Positions 32,853 to 42,387 of a stretch of DNA of 52,080 nucleotides are shown one piece after another. The position numbers and the translations under genes were made by a program. The number at the start of each line of letters is the position of its first letter. Positions within the stretch are counted from its first letter, which is position 1. The notes beneath the pieces were generated by a model that worked only from the letters and a program-made list of their open reading frames with translations, searched no databases and had not been told where the DNA came from. Source of the DNA: an uncultured Desulfobulbia bacterium (GTDB taxonomy: Bacteria > Desulfobacterota > Desulfobulbia > Desulfobulbales > SURF-16); assembly GCA_964624225.1 (NCBI GenBank), contig CAZUZJ010000001.1, positions 1 to 52,080 on the forward strand, given 5' to 3'.

Positions 32853-34196
32853 ATGCCACTCACAGAAGCCGAGGCGCTATCCCAGGCCGCCCAAATTTTC
32901 AATCAGCCAGCGGAGCCCGCCAGTCCTCCGCCCACGGACAACGGGCCGGATGCAGTCGCTGAGGCTGAGCCGTCCGAAGCCAGCTCCCCCGAAGAATCGG
33001 AGACGGAAGTAGCTGGGCCGGAAAAGGAAGAAGCTTCCGAGGAATCCAGCGAGGAAAGCGGGGAAGAGCAGAGGGCCGCCGGCGGCGAAGAAGGCGAAGA
33101 ACCCGCACCAGAAGAAGAGTCCGCAAAGGAAGAAACTCCTGAGCTTACAAGACTTTATAAAGAAAATCCGAACCTCAAGTCCTTCCTGAAGAAGAACCCT
33201 GACCTGCGTGCTGCATGGTTCAAGGCTTCGCAGGTTCTCTCCGAGTTTCCAACCGTCGAGGACGCGAAGGCGGCGCGGGAAGCTCTGGTTGAGATCAATG
33301 CGCTCGACAAACTTTTCCTGAGCCCGAACATTGCGGACAAGAAGGAACTTCTCAAACGGTTCGCCGAGAGTTCAATCGACCCTGCCACCGGTAAATCAAC
33401 GGGGCATTACGAGGCTCTCGTGGGCGCGATGGCCGACGATTTGACCTCTGCACTGATGCGCGCCACCCGCAGCGGTCAATTCAAGCCGCCAGCCGGATGG
33501 CAGCCCGAACATCTGCTTGCCGCCCTCGCCGGCCTAAGGGCAGCCTTGGGGCTTCCAGTTACCGGCGATGCGGCGGGAGAAGCGTTTAGCGGGCAACCGA
33601 CGCCGGTTGGCGATGAAACCGTCCGGCAACGGCTCAGCGCTATTGAACAGCGCGAAAGGGAGCTTGCTGGCAAGTCTGAGCAGTTGTTCTCAGAGGCTAT
33701 CCAGTCCCGCTACTCGGACTGGGTCGGCAGGAAGATCGCGTCCCTCATCGACGGTTCGAGCGGCCTTAAGGCCCAGCCACCCGGCTTCCAGAAATACGTG
33801 CAAAATGAAATTATTGGTGCACTCCACAAGGCGATGGAAGCCGACCAGATTTTTTCGAGCCAGTTCGACGCCAAAGCCAGGTCGGGTGATCGTAGCCCTG
33901 AGCACATAGCGGAGCTTGCCGAGATGCTCAAGTCCAGGGCGGAGCATTACCTACCGGCTGTAGTCAAAAAGGTTTTTCGTGAAGTAGGCGCGGAAATTGA
34001 ACGGAAAGAAGCCGCCGAGGAACAGAGACGCGCCGCTGTCCCAAAGCGGAAGGAAGCAGCATTATCATCGAGCGCGGCGAAGCTGTCGCGTCCAGGAGCC
34101 GGTCGAACGGGGCGACCGACAATGAACCCCGGTGAATCTCCTGACGCCTATGCTCGTCGCATCGTGAGCGATGCAATGAGAGAGGCAGGGGTTTAG
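32853..34196 (+). CDS. Putative scaffolding protein (acidic N-region, helical)
   Basis: ATG at 32853 follows GGAGG. There is a Glu-rich low-complexity stretch, and the gene lies directly before the capsid-position gene. Confidence 0.55.
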   Translation: MPLTEAEALSQAAQIFNQPAEPASPPPTDNGPDAVAEAEPSEASSPEESETEVAGPEKEEASEESSEESGEEQRAAGGEEGEEPAPEEESAKEETPELTRLYKENPNLKSFLKKNPDLRAAWFKASQVLSEFPTVEDAKAAREALVEINALDKLFLSPNIADKKELLKRFAESSIDPATGKSTGHYEALVGAMADDLTSALMRATRSGQFKPPAGWQPEHLLAALAGLRAALGLPVTGDAAGEAFSGQPTPVGDETVRQRLSAIEQRERELAGKSEQLFSEAIQSRYSDWVGRKIASLIDGSSGLKAQPPGFQKYVQNEIIGALHKAMEADQIFSSQFDAKARSGDRSPEHIAELAEMLKSRAEHYLPAVVKKVFREVGAEIERKEAAEEQRRAAVPKRKEAALSSSAAKLSRPGAGRTGRPTMNPGESPDAYARRIVSDAMREAGV

Positions 34197-34335
34197 ACCA
34201 ACCCGCATTCCGGTTCTCGGGCCGGTCAAATCCGAGTCAAGCGGGCACCGACCTCCAACCTCGTCGTGAAAGCTAAGGCCGAACCTTGTCTATTCGAGGC
34301 CACGGCCAAAAAGCCCAACTTCGGAGGTGTCCGCA

Positions 34336-35604
34336 ATGGCACAATCTACAGCAGATGTGGTTGCGCTTCAATTAGAAGCGGTCAAAACCACCCTTCCGAT
34401 CCTGTACGACATCAATGACGTTTTCTTCACGCTGATCCAGGCGCGTGAGGACTTGATGATGATTTCCTCGCGGGCTGCCAGGCTGCCCATTCAGGACATG
34501 CCGGGTTCCCGGTGGGGATATTTCAACCCCGCTGGCGGCCCGATGGGACGTGGCGCGGCAACGCACTATGACGTTCCGACCGTGACCGCGCTCGATTCCA
34601 GGATCGCCATCGAAATTAACGACGACGTTCTGCGGCAAACCAACTCTGAGCCGCAGGCAATCCGCAATATCCTGAGCATTGAAATCACGAACGCCATGAA
34701 AGAATTCCGGCGTCAGATGAATGCTCAGCTTCAAACCTCCAATGACGGCGTTCTGGCTACGATCACCGCAGTTAGCGGGCAGCAGTTGACCGTCAAGACT
34801 TCGCCGTTCTATGCCCAGTTGCTGCGCACGCAACAGAACATCAACGTCTACTCCAGCAATCTTGCGACCCAGCGCACCACCACCCCGCTGCTGATCAGTC
34901 AGATTGACGAAGCGAACGCCGTTGTCACCATCGACGCGAGCACTACCGTTCCGGTTACCGTCGTGGCGACGGATGTTATCCTTCCCGAGGGGTTGTCGGG
35001 AGCGAACCCAGTTGCTATGAACGGCTTGCAGAACCTCCTGACAGACGCTCAAACCGGCACTTGGCTTACCCTGAACCTCGCAAACGTTCCGCAAGTCAGG
35101 GCCAGCGCCTATCACGCCGGGAGCAACCAGCTCACGACCTACCCCATCCGGCTCGTGCTGAGCAAAATCCTTCAGCGCACCGGCATGGTGAACCCGAAGT
35201 CTCTTCGCGCCCATATGCACCCAACGCAAGTTGATGCCTATGAGCAGATGGCCATTCTGGTATCGCAGGTTCAGAAGACCGCGAACGCCAGCGATGCAGT
35301 TGACTTCTTCTTCACGCAAAAGCAGATGGCGGGGGTTGAAATTGTCGGCGACATCCACGCAGACCGCACCCGAATTGACTTTGTGAACCTCGAATATTGG
35401 GGGCGTGTCGAGTCCAACCCAATTGACTTCTGGAAGCGTCCAGACGGGACATACTTCGAGCGGCCATTTGACACCGCCGGGGGCTCTCCGCTTGCCGCTA
35501 TCCTGTTCTATATCTATTGGTTTGGGAACGTGTTCACGAACAATCCTTCGGCCCAGGGCTTCATCGACCAACTTAGCGTCCAGAGCGGCTACGACGCTAT
35601 GTAG
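34336..35604 (+). CDS. Putative major capsid protein
   Basis: About 423 aa, GGAGG RBS, positioned after the scaffold-like gene. The fold was not verified. Confidence 0.55.
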   Translation: MAQSTADVVALQLEAVKTTLPILYDINDVFFTLIQAREDLMMISSRAARLPIQDMPGSRWGYFNPAGGPMGRGAATHYDVPTVTALDSRIAIEINDDVLRQTNSEPQAIRNILSIEITNAMKEFRRQMNAQLQTSNDGVLATITAVSGQQLTVKTSPFYAQLLRTQQNINVYSSNLATQRTTTPLLISQIDEANAVVTIDASTTVPVTVVATDVILPEGLSGANPVAMNGLQNLLTDAQTGTWLTLNLANVPQVRASAYHAGSNQLTTYPIRLVLSKILQRTGMVNPKSLRAHMHPTQVDAYEQMAILVSQVQKTANASDAVDFFFTQKQMAGVEIVGDIHADRTRIDFVNLEYWGRVESNPIDFWKRPDGTYFERPFDTAGGSPLAAILFYIYWFGNVFTNNPSAQGFIDQLSVQSGYDAM

Positions 35605-35634
35605 TCAATAGTTTACGGCAGAGGAGTTCAGTCC

Positions 35635-36321
35635 GTGATTGAGGTCATCGGTGGCGGGGTCAAACTCCCGACCGAAAAGCTCGTTGCACTCAACAAGCTC
35701 CTGGAGCTTTGGGGAGGGACTTTCCAAGGTCGTCCGCAGTTCAAACTTTCCTGGGCTGCGGACGACAACCTTGGGCTCGCCAAGGACCATGTCTGCGGCA
35801 AGACGGACCCGTTCGACACGGCCTGCCATTGCCTTCCGAAGTCGAAGCAGATTCCGGTCTGCTTCCACCCGGAGCAATACTCATACCACCTGCTCTCGTT
35901 CCATGAGAACATCAACACGCCGTCCGACCTGATTTCCACGTTCTCAAAGCAGGAGGATACCCGCTTCCGGTATGACTGCCTGAAGCACTACCTTGATCCT
36001 GTGACGGGCAAGCCGATCAACCCTACGGCAACGATCATCGAGAACGACATTCCGGTTCTGATGAATTCGGCCAAGGCGATGCTTGCCGCACGTTTTCAGA
36101 TGGACGCAACCTTTCGGCAGGAATGCCGACAAAGGGCGCAGAAAAGACGCGAGGCCCGCGCACTTGCCGAGCTTCGCAACGATCAGTTCGCACGGGACCT
36201 CATTAACGAGGTCGTGCCAGCGTGGAACCCACACACAGGATGCGGCCCCAAGCGTCGCCAATTCGCCGATTTGACGGCTTCCGACGTGGTGGCCGGAAAG
36301 GTTCAGTTCGGAAAACCTTAA
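35635..36321 (+). CDS. Hypothetical virion-module protein (228 aa, GTG start)
   Basis: GGAG lies 8 nt upstream of the GTG. Confidence 0.6.
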   Translation: MIEVIGGGVKLPTEKLVALNKLLELWGGTFQGRPQFKLSWAADDNLGLAKDHVCGKTDPFDTACHCLPKSKQIPVCFHPEQYSYHLLSFHENINTPSDLISTFSKQEDTRFRYDCLKHYLDPVTGKPINPTATIIENDIPVLMNSAKAMLAARFQMDATFRQECRQRAQKRREARALAELRNDQFARDLINEVVPAWNPHTGCGPKRRQFADLTASDVVAGKVQFGKP

Positions 36322-36334
36322 GCCAGGAGGCATA

Positions 36335-37156
36335 ATGCCAATCTCTACCAGAATTTCGGTCGCGCATATGATTTCGGCGCATTCGATCCCGGACGGTATT
36401 GACGTGAACCTCGTTTCGCTCATACCCGGCAGGTTCCACATCCCGTCCTGCCTCGACAATCCGAAGGAAGTCAAGAAACACTGCACCATTGAGGCCACCG
36501 ACCCGAACAGCGCCGGACAGCCAGCAAGTATCAAAGTCCAGCTCGCCGAGATCAGGAAGGGGCCTCTGGGTCCCTATGTCTATCTCACGATTCCGGACTG
36601 CGTCACTCGCAGAATCGGCTATGAAGAGCAGCTTTCGGACGAGTGGGGCAGGCGCCTATCACCCCCCATCCAGCGGTCTCTTCTCACCGTTCCGTGCGCC
36701 AAGGTCGTCAATGAGATCGAGCGACAGCACGGGCACTACGGAATCATGGCCATCGAGGGTGAATTGCCGTCCGACAAAGAACTCAAAAAGGTTCACGACA
36801 TGGCGCGGCAGTGGCAAATCCATTTTGTAAACGAGACCAGCAACTACGTCTCGCGCTACGGATCACGCCAGGCGACGGAGCTTGCCATCTTCGTTGCGAA
36901 TGAACTGTTCAAGAACAAACTGATTCCATCATTGCCAGCGTGGGCCATTGTTCAGGCACAGCAAACGATTGAGGCAAACGAGGCGATGGGCTGCCCGAAC
37001 TGCGGAGCGCTCGTCCGTCCAGGGTCGGCGGTCTGCGTCACCTGCCGCGCGATCCTCGACTGGAAGCGCGCCCTTGAGTTTGGAATCGTGAAAGCGGAGG
37101 ATGTGCCGCCGACAAAGAGAGCCGACGCAGGGCTTCAGCCATTGCCGACGGCCTGA
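36335..37156 (+). CDS. Hypothetical virion-module protein with a C-terminal zinc ribbon
   Basis: AGGAGG RBS. Contains CPNCGALVRPGSAVCVTC. Confidence 0.65.
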   Translation: MPISTRISVAHMISAHSIPDGIDVNLVSLIPGRFHIPSCLDNPKEVKKHCTIEATDPNSAGQPASIKVQLAEIRKGPLGPYVYLTIPDCVTRRIGYEEQLSDEWGRRLSPPIQRSLLTVPCAKVVNEIERQHGHYGIMAIEGELPSDKELKKVHDMARQWQIHFVNETSNYVSRYGSRQATELAIFVANELFKNKLIPSLPAWAIVQAQQTIEANEAMGCPNCGALVRPGSAVCVTCRAILDWKRALEFGIVKAEDVPPTKRADAGLQPLPTA

Positions 37157-37159
37157 CGT

Positions 37160-37897
37160 ATGCCATCTGCAAACACTTTGGGCGACATCATGGACCGCGC
37201 CCGCGCTTTCTTGAACGATCAGGGAGCGATGATATGGAACAATCAGATGCTCATGCCGCACGCAAGGACGGCCTACACGTGGCTCGTTACGCGGCTTCAG
37301 CAGCACGACCAGTTGATGTATCAGAAGGTCAGCGGCACGCCCTACACTCCGACGGACATTGTCTACACTGGCGGGGAGGTGGATTTGCTCTCCGTCCTGC
37401 CAGCCGATATGTGGTACCCGACCCGGCTGGAATTCCGCATGGACGCAAGCCAGGACTGGACAGAAGTTGTGGAAAGCTCGGACCTGGAAACCATTGTGGC
37501 CCCGGAGCAAGGAACAATCCGGCAATGGATGTGGCGCAACAGGGATATCTACGTCACCCCGGTCACAAACAATGGGCTCCTGCGGCTCACGTACATGGCC
37601 CTCGTTCCCCCAAGCTCTCCGGGGCCGGGCAGCAGTGTCCTTGTGGACAACGCCGTCGAATGCCTTGCTTACTTTACGGCTCACTCGGCCTACATGTCGC
37701 GCGGACAGGCCCAGCAAGCTGGCTTGATGCTCGGCTCGGACATTCCCACAAGCCCGGCCTACATGTCGGGGGCAAAGGGGTTCTGCGCCATGCTGATTGA
37801 TTTGCTCGTTAAGGTTCGGCAGCTTATCGCCACCCGTGGCGTTCCATTTGACCAAGGTCAATACAACGTAGGGTCGTACGGGCCGTTACTATATTAG
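37160..37897 (+). CDS. Hypothetical head-tail/tail protein (245 aa)
   Basis: ORF in the late operon. Confidence 0.6.
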   Translation: MPSANTLGDIMDRARAFLNDQGAMIWNNQMLMPHARTAYTWLVTRLQQHDQLMYQKVSGTPYTPTDIVYTGGEVDLLSVLPADMWYPTRLEFRMDASQDWTEVVESSDLETIVAPEQGTIRQWMWRNRDIYVTPVTNNGLLRLTYMALVPPSSPGPGSSVLVDNAVECLAYFTAHSAYMSRGQAQQAGLMLGSDIPTSPAYMSGAKGFCAMLIDLLVKVRQLIATRGVPFDQGQYNVGSYGPLLY

Positions 37898-37937
37898 AAT
37901 GAGCAACTTACAGTCATTGTGTTTCAGGGAGGGCTAA

Positions 37938-38336
37938 ATGGCAATTTCACTTCGACCAATTTCTTCGTGGGGGAACCCTGGGGGCCGCGACTTCACCCTG
38001 TTCGCGCAGCTTGTTTTCAGCGGCAACTACACTACGGGCGGCGATACCGTCACGCTTGATACCGTAGATGCCCCGGATGTGGAAATCTACAACGAGCGCC
38101 CGGCACTCAGCGTTGGCAGGCCGCCGCTCGAATGGCGGTTCAACAGCGTGAGCGTCGTTTCCACGACGGCGGGCGGCCCTTATGTCTTCGACCTTGTTCC
38201 GGGAACCAAAGCCTACGACTTCAAGGTCAAGGTTTTCATTAATGGCGCGGAACTGGCTGCCGGGGCCTACCCAGCCGCGCTGACTGCGCCGGTGCCCCAG
38301 CCGCGCGTAAGCCTGCATTTCCGGCAGAACATCTAG
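37938..38336 (+). CDS. Hypothetical structural protein (132 aa)
   Basis: GGGAGGG RBS. The stop overlaps the stop of the convergent HNH gene. Confidence 0.65.
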   Translation: MAISLRPISSWGNPGGRDFTLFAQLVFSGNYTTGGDTVTLDTVDAPDVEIYNERPALSVGRPPLEWRFNSVSVVSTTAGGPYVFDLVPGTKAYDFKVKVFINGAELAAGAYPAALTAPVPQPRVSLHFRQNI

Positions 38337-39079
38337 AGCTGGATCAGAATGCGTGCAGAAAGGAATTCCAAGGGGGTGCGAGCTCCCTTGGACGAGTTGC
38401 AGGGCTTGCAGGATGGAACCAGGTTGGACGGCCAGTTCGAGCCTCCCCGCGCGAGCGGGATGCAGTGATCCAGTGTCAGGGTACTTTTGGTGAGGGAGCG
38501 ATGGCAATAGCGGCATCTCCAACCGTAATAAGCCACGCGGAACAAGATTTTCTGGTTCGTAAGTTCCCCTTTTGCGGATTTTTTTCCGGCCCTACGCCTT
38601 ATCTCCCTCAGAACAGCGATTCTGCGGAACTTCTCAATATTTTTGAGCCGCCATTCCTTGGATTTCTCAATCGCCCTTTTTCGGTTCAAACGGTAATACG
38701 CTCTCGCACGCTCACGAATCTGCTCCGCATTTTTCAACTGATACTTTTTCATCGATGCCTTAAGCTTCTCAGAGTGCTTGAGCCGGTATTTCCTCGCATT
38801 TTCTCTGTAGTAACTCGGGTTTTTGATGGCGATTTTCGCCCTAAACCTGATGTTTTTTTGGCGTCTCTTTTCGCGCTTGACTGGGCATTCATCAGAACAA
38901 TAGCGACGGCCTCCGCCAATCGGAATCGGCTTTCCGCAAGCACATCTCTTCTCGATTCGGACCCTGCGGTAATAATATCGGAGCGCGATCTGCTTCCTTT
39001 TCTCAATTCGGCACTTCGCGCAATAAAGGGATTGTGGCCCTCTGACCGGGCTTCCACATTCGCATATACTCTTTAACAT
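38333..39079 (-). CDS. Free-standing HNH homing endonuclease on the opposite strand within the late operon
   Basis: LTLDHCIPLARGGSNWPSNLVPSCKPCNSSKG is the HNH motif. The N-half has reiterated basic K/R...YY(R)..N motifs. GC looks lower than in the flanks. Confidence 0.85.
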   Translation of the reverse strand: MLKSICECGSPVRGPQSLYCAKCRIEKRKQIALRYYYRRVRIEKRCACGKPIPIGGGRRYCSDECPVKREKRRQKNIRFRAKIAIKNPSYYRENARKYRLKHSEKLKASMKKYQLKNAEQIRERARAYYRLNRKRAIEKSKEWRLKNIEKFRRIAVLREIRRRAGKKSAKGELTNQKILFRVAYYGWRCRYCHRSLTKSTLTLDHCIPLARGGSNWPSNLVPSCKPCNSSKGARTPLEFLSARILIQL

Positions 39080-39085
39080 GAGAGG

Positions 39086-39113
39086 ATTATACCATCAGTT
39101 TCGATCAATTCAA
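39086..39113 (-). promoter_or_regulatory. Promoter of the HNH cassette; predicted leaderless transcript
   Basis: The minus strand reads TTGAAT-16 nt-TATAAT, then 6 nt, then ATG (39079). Confidence 0.45.
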
Positions 39114-41982
39114 GCCGGTTCTTTTCGACAGACTGGGTGGTAGCTACAGCTTTTTGCAGGCGGAGGACATCCCGTCGGCCTTCGCAGCAGGTTGCCAGAA
39201 CATCCGCTTTCGCCCCGGCTCTGTCCAAACCCGCAGCGGGCTCAAGGCCCTGACCGGAACCCCTCCATCCGGCGCGTCCTACTTCACCAGCGCCGTCGAG
39301 TTCACAGACAACCAGGACAATCACACCATTTTCGTTCTGGACAGCGGCGGGACGCTGTACCAAATGAATCTGTTCACGAATACTCTGACGCAGATTGCGG
39401 CCCAAGTGTGCGTGCCGGGAGCCTATATGAAGGGGGCGGCGGCGAATAACCGCCTGTACCTTTCGTTCTACACGTATCTGACGGGCGGAGGCCCCATAGC
39501 TGCTGGGCCTGTCCGCCAGTGGAACCAGGGCGTTCTGGAACCATTCTCGAATCCGGGGCCGGGCGGGAAAAACCATCTCTTCTCGACCGGCACTCTGGCA
39601 AGCGGCAGTACGACCGTATCGAACGTCACGAACATCCAGATGTGGTCTCCGGGCGACCAGATTTCAGATTCTTCGGGCTTCATCCCGGCGGGCACGACCG
39701 TGACATCCGTCAACGCTTCCGGAGCAACACTCACCATTTCAGCGGCGGCAACCGGCAGCGTCCCGACGGCGTTCCTCTCCCAGCCCGTTCCATCTCCGGC
39801 AAGCTCGGGGACGGGAGAAATCGTTCCCGGAGTTCATGGGGTCGCGGTTTCGTTTGTCACGCGCTCCCTCTACGTCACGGAGCCCACCCCGATTGCTTTC
39901 TGGAACGCTACCGGAATTTCCGCACCGGCCACGCCGACGCTCAGTTCGGTCGCCGGGGGTTCGTTGGGGGCCGCAACTTACTACATCGTCATAACGCTCG
40001 TGAACGCAACGGGAGAGACGCTACCATCAGCAGAGGCAAGCATCGCCGTCGCTGCAAACAATTTGCCGTCTGTTGCATCCCCCCCCGCCACGCCGGGAGC
40101 TACTGGCTACAACGTTTATGTGGGGACAGCGAGCGGGCTCGAAACCCTTCAGACACATTCGCCGATCCAGATTGGGACAAACTGGACGCTGCCTGTCTCG
40201 GGGCTGGTGGCTGGTGGTCCGCCCCCAACCGTCGCAAGCGCTGGAAGCGCTCAGGTTCAGGTGTCAAACATTCCGACGGGGCCGCCCAATGTTGTTGCCC
40301 GGCGGCTTTATTTCACTCCCAGCGGATCGACCGACCTGTACTTCCTTCCAGCTTTTCAGATTAACGACAACACGACCACGAGTGCGCTTTTCAATTTCAA
40401 CGACACCGACCTGCTGAACGGTGAGCTTGTCAACAACCTCTTTAATAATGCACGCCTTCCTGACTGCGGCGGGGTCGCCATGTACAATGCGCGAACGGCT
40501 CTCTGGGCCAGCGACAACCCGTTGCCGTTCAACAATATCGGTTTCGACGGGGGGATTGACTCCGTGTCAGGGAAAGCCCAGCCGCTCGGATGGATTCCGG
40601 GGGCTTCCGTCGCCGGCGGATCAGTGGATTCCGCCGATGCGTTTTATGGGAACTGCTGGAAGATAACGGGCGACGGCGTAACAGCGGTGCGTGGACGCAT
40701 AGAGAACACCGACGCGCCCTTGCTCATCCTGCCGTCCACCGCGTATCGGCTGAGAGTGTGGCTCAAGGGCGCCGGCCTGACCCAAGGATCCGTCCAGATA
40801 GGGCTCTCCAGCAGCAGCCTCGCAAAAGATGTTTACATGTCGGTCGGCTACCTCAACCTGACTTCGGGCTGGAAGTTATTCGAGGGCCCGCTGATCGGAA
40901 ATGCAAATTTTCCCACTATCCCGAACGATCTTGTCCTCTATGTCGAGGGGACAGGAACGATCAACAACGGCGGTACGGTTTTTATTGACCATATCGAGGT
41001 CGTTCCTGATCTCTCCCGATATTCTACCGGGCAGATTCTCTTCTCAGACGCCTACAATAACGAGCGTTTTGACTCGCAGACCGGCTTCGTTACGATCAAC
41101 AAGGACGACGGCCAGAAGGTCGCTGCCTGCGGCCAGCTACGCGGTTATTGGTATGTCCTCAAGGAACGGTCAATGTGGGTAACATTCGACGATTCCGTCA
41201 ACCCGCCTGCCTTCTGGAGCGCAAGCCTTATCGATGACGCGGTAGGCGCCGGCGGCCCCGCGTGCGTGGCTGAGTTCGAAGAAATGCTCGTCATAGCGTC
41301 ACGACCGGGGGCGTACTTCTTCCTTGGCGGCAGGCCGGTTAAGATGAGCCAGGAGGTTCAGAACATCTGGAGCAGCATCAACTGGGCGGCGGCGGCAACC
41401 ATTCATGTTTCCATTGACCCTCAAGCGAGGCTGATGCGCTTCTTCTTTCCGGTCGGATCATCAACCGTTCCGAATTCAGCCCTGACGCTGGACTACGTCG
41501 AGGGCCTGGGGCAGGAAGTTGAGCCTGGGGGCCGCAAGTGGAACCCGGACGTTTACCCGGTCACGATCTACGGCCACTTCGTCGGAAACGACGAAAATAA
41601 CAACCAACAGGTCTATATGATCGGCCCAAAAATATATCAGGTTGGCGGCACAGACGATGACGGCGTTGCTATCGACTGTTTCTATCAGACAGCTTTTGCG
41701 AGGGCAACCCCCACCGGGCAATCCTTGTTCGGCGGGGCCTCGATGACGCTGAGCGGGTCAGGATCGCTGAAAGCGTCGCTGGTGGGCCTCGGGGGGTCGC
41801 CTGTGAACGTGTTGCTTGAGACAACTCTGACCAACCCCATGACAAAGGACTTGGAGCTTTACGGAAACCTTGAATCCGAGCGGGCTTCGCTTAAAATAGA
41901 GACGGCTGGACTGGGAGCGAACTTCAGCGCCCGGCGGTTGGCAATTATGGTTATGCCGTGGGCGGAACAGCGCGCCCATTAA
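39094..41982 (+). CDS. Large tail protein with a CBM/laminin-G-like domain; apparent ATC (AUC) start
   Basis: The frame is open from 39082. GAGGA (39082-39086) lies 7 nt before ATC at 39094. The first canonical start is TTG at 39154. The segment GNCWKITGDG...VWLKGAGL...GTVFIDHIEVVP looks like a carbohydrate-binding jelly-roll. Confidence 0.6.
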   Translation: MSFDQFKPVLFDRLGGSYSFLQAEDIPSAFAAGCQNIRFRPGSVQTRSGLKALTGTPPSGASYFTSAVEFTDNQDNHTIFVLDSGGTLYQMNLFTNTLTQIAAQVCVPGAYMKGAAANNRLYLSFYTYLTGGGPIAAGPVRQWNQGVLEPFSNPGPGGKNHLFSTGTLASGSTTVSNVTNIQMWSPGDQISDSSGFIPAGTTVTSVNASGATLTISAAATGSVPTAFLSQPVPSPASSGTGEIVPGVHGVAVSFVTRSLYVTEPTPIAFWNATGISAPATPTLSSVAGGSLGAATYYIVITLVNATGETLPSAEASIAVAANNLPSVASPPATPGATGYNVYVGTASGLETLQTHSPIQIGTNWTLPVSGLVAGGPPPTVASAGSAQVQVSNIPTGPPNVVARRLYFTPSGSTDLYFLPAFQINDNTTTSALFNFNDTDLLNGELVNNLFNNARLPDCGGVAMYNARTALWASDNPLPFNNIGFDGGIDSVSGKAQPLGWIPGASVAGGSVDSADAFYGNCWKITGDGVTAVRGRIENTDAPLLILPSTAYRLRVWLKGAGLTQGSVQIGLSSSSLAKDVYMSVGYLNLTSGWKLFEGPLIGNANFPTIPNDLVLYVEGTGTINNGGTVFIDHIEVVPDLSRYSTGQILFSDAYNNERFDSQTGFVTINKDDGQKVAACGQLRGYWYVLKERSMWVTFDDSVNPPAFWSASLIDDAVGAGGPACVAEFEEMLVIASRPGAYFFLGGRPVKMSQEVQNIWSSINWAAAATIHVSIDPQARLMRFFFPVGSSTVPNSALTLDYVEGLGQEVEPGGRKWNPDVYPVTIYGHFVGNDENNNQQVYMIGPKIYQVGGTDDDGVAIDCFYQTAFARATPTGQSLFGGASMTLSGSGSLKASLVGLGGSPVNVLLETTLTNPMTKDLELYGNLESERASLKIETAGLGANFSARRLAIMVMPWAEQRAH

Positions 41983-41985
41983 ATT

Positions 41986-42384
41986 ATGTACGACAGAACT
42001 AGATACGAGAGGAATCGGGATAAAATTCTCAAGTGGTACCGCGAGTACCGAAGGCGAAAGCCCGAACTTCACAAGCTCTGGCGTCAACGGGAGGGCCGAG
42101 CACAGTTGAGACAGATGAACAGGAGGGAGAAACTAAAGCGCAAGTACAAGCTAGCGCCTGATCGATACTCGAAGATGCTGGAGGAGCAGCGGGGCGTTTG
42201 CGCTATTTGTGGCAAGGCCCCGACCTCCAGGCCCCTCTTTGTGGACCACGACCACGAAACCGGGGTGGTCAGGGGGCTTTTATGCAGCACCTGCAATATG
42301 GCAGTCGGATGGATTAAAAATGACAAAGATCGCCACGAGCGAGCGTTGGCTTATATAAGATTACATTCCTCGCCACGAGGATAG
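41986..42384 (+). CDS. Recombination endonuclease VII family protein
   Basis: CAICGK...LFVDHDHETGVVRGLLCSTCNMAVG is the Endonuclease_7 signature. Confidence 0.85.
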   Translation: MYDRTRYERNRDKILKWYREYRRRKPELHKLWRQREGRAQLRQMNRREKLKRKYKLAPDRYSKMLEEQRGVCAICGKAPTSRPLFVDHDHETGVVRGLLCSTCNMAVGWIKNDKDRHERALAYIRLHSSPRG

Positions 42385-42387
42385 CCT

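Noticed and set aside
34372-35571. 399-aa ORF antisense to the capsid-position gene. Similar long antisense ORFs occur at 36929-37861, 47476-48480, 49195-50463, 3454-4302, 518-1141 and 18220-19056.
   Set aside because: These are typical shadow ORFs of GC-rich DNA. They have Arg/Gly/Pro-rich low-complexity translations and no RBS, and each lies fully inside a better-supported gene on the other strand.
39078-39143. An ATG-initiated 21-codon ORF on the plus strand, considered as the start of the tail gene via a +1 frameshift.
   Set aside because: It is out of frame with the tail ORF, has no slippery site, and its ATG is simply the complement-side neighbour of the HNH start region. An AUC or TTG start is the simpler explanation.
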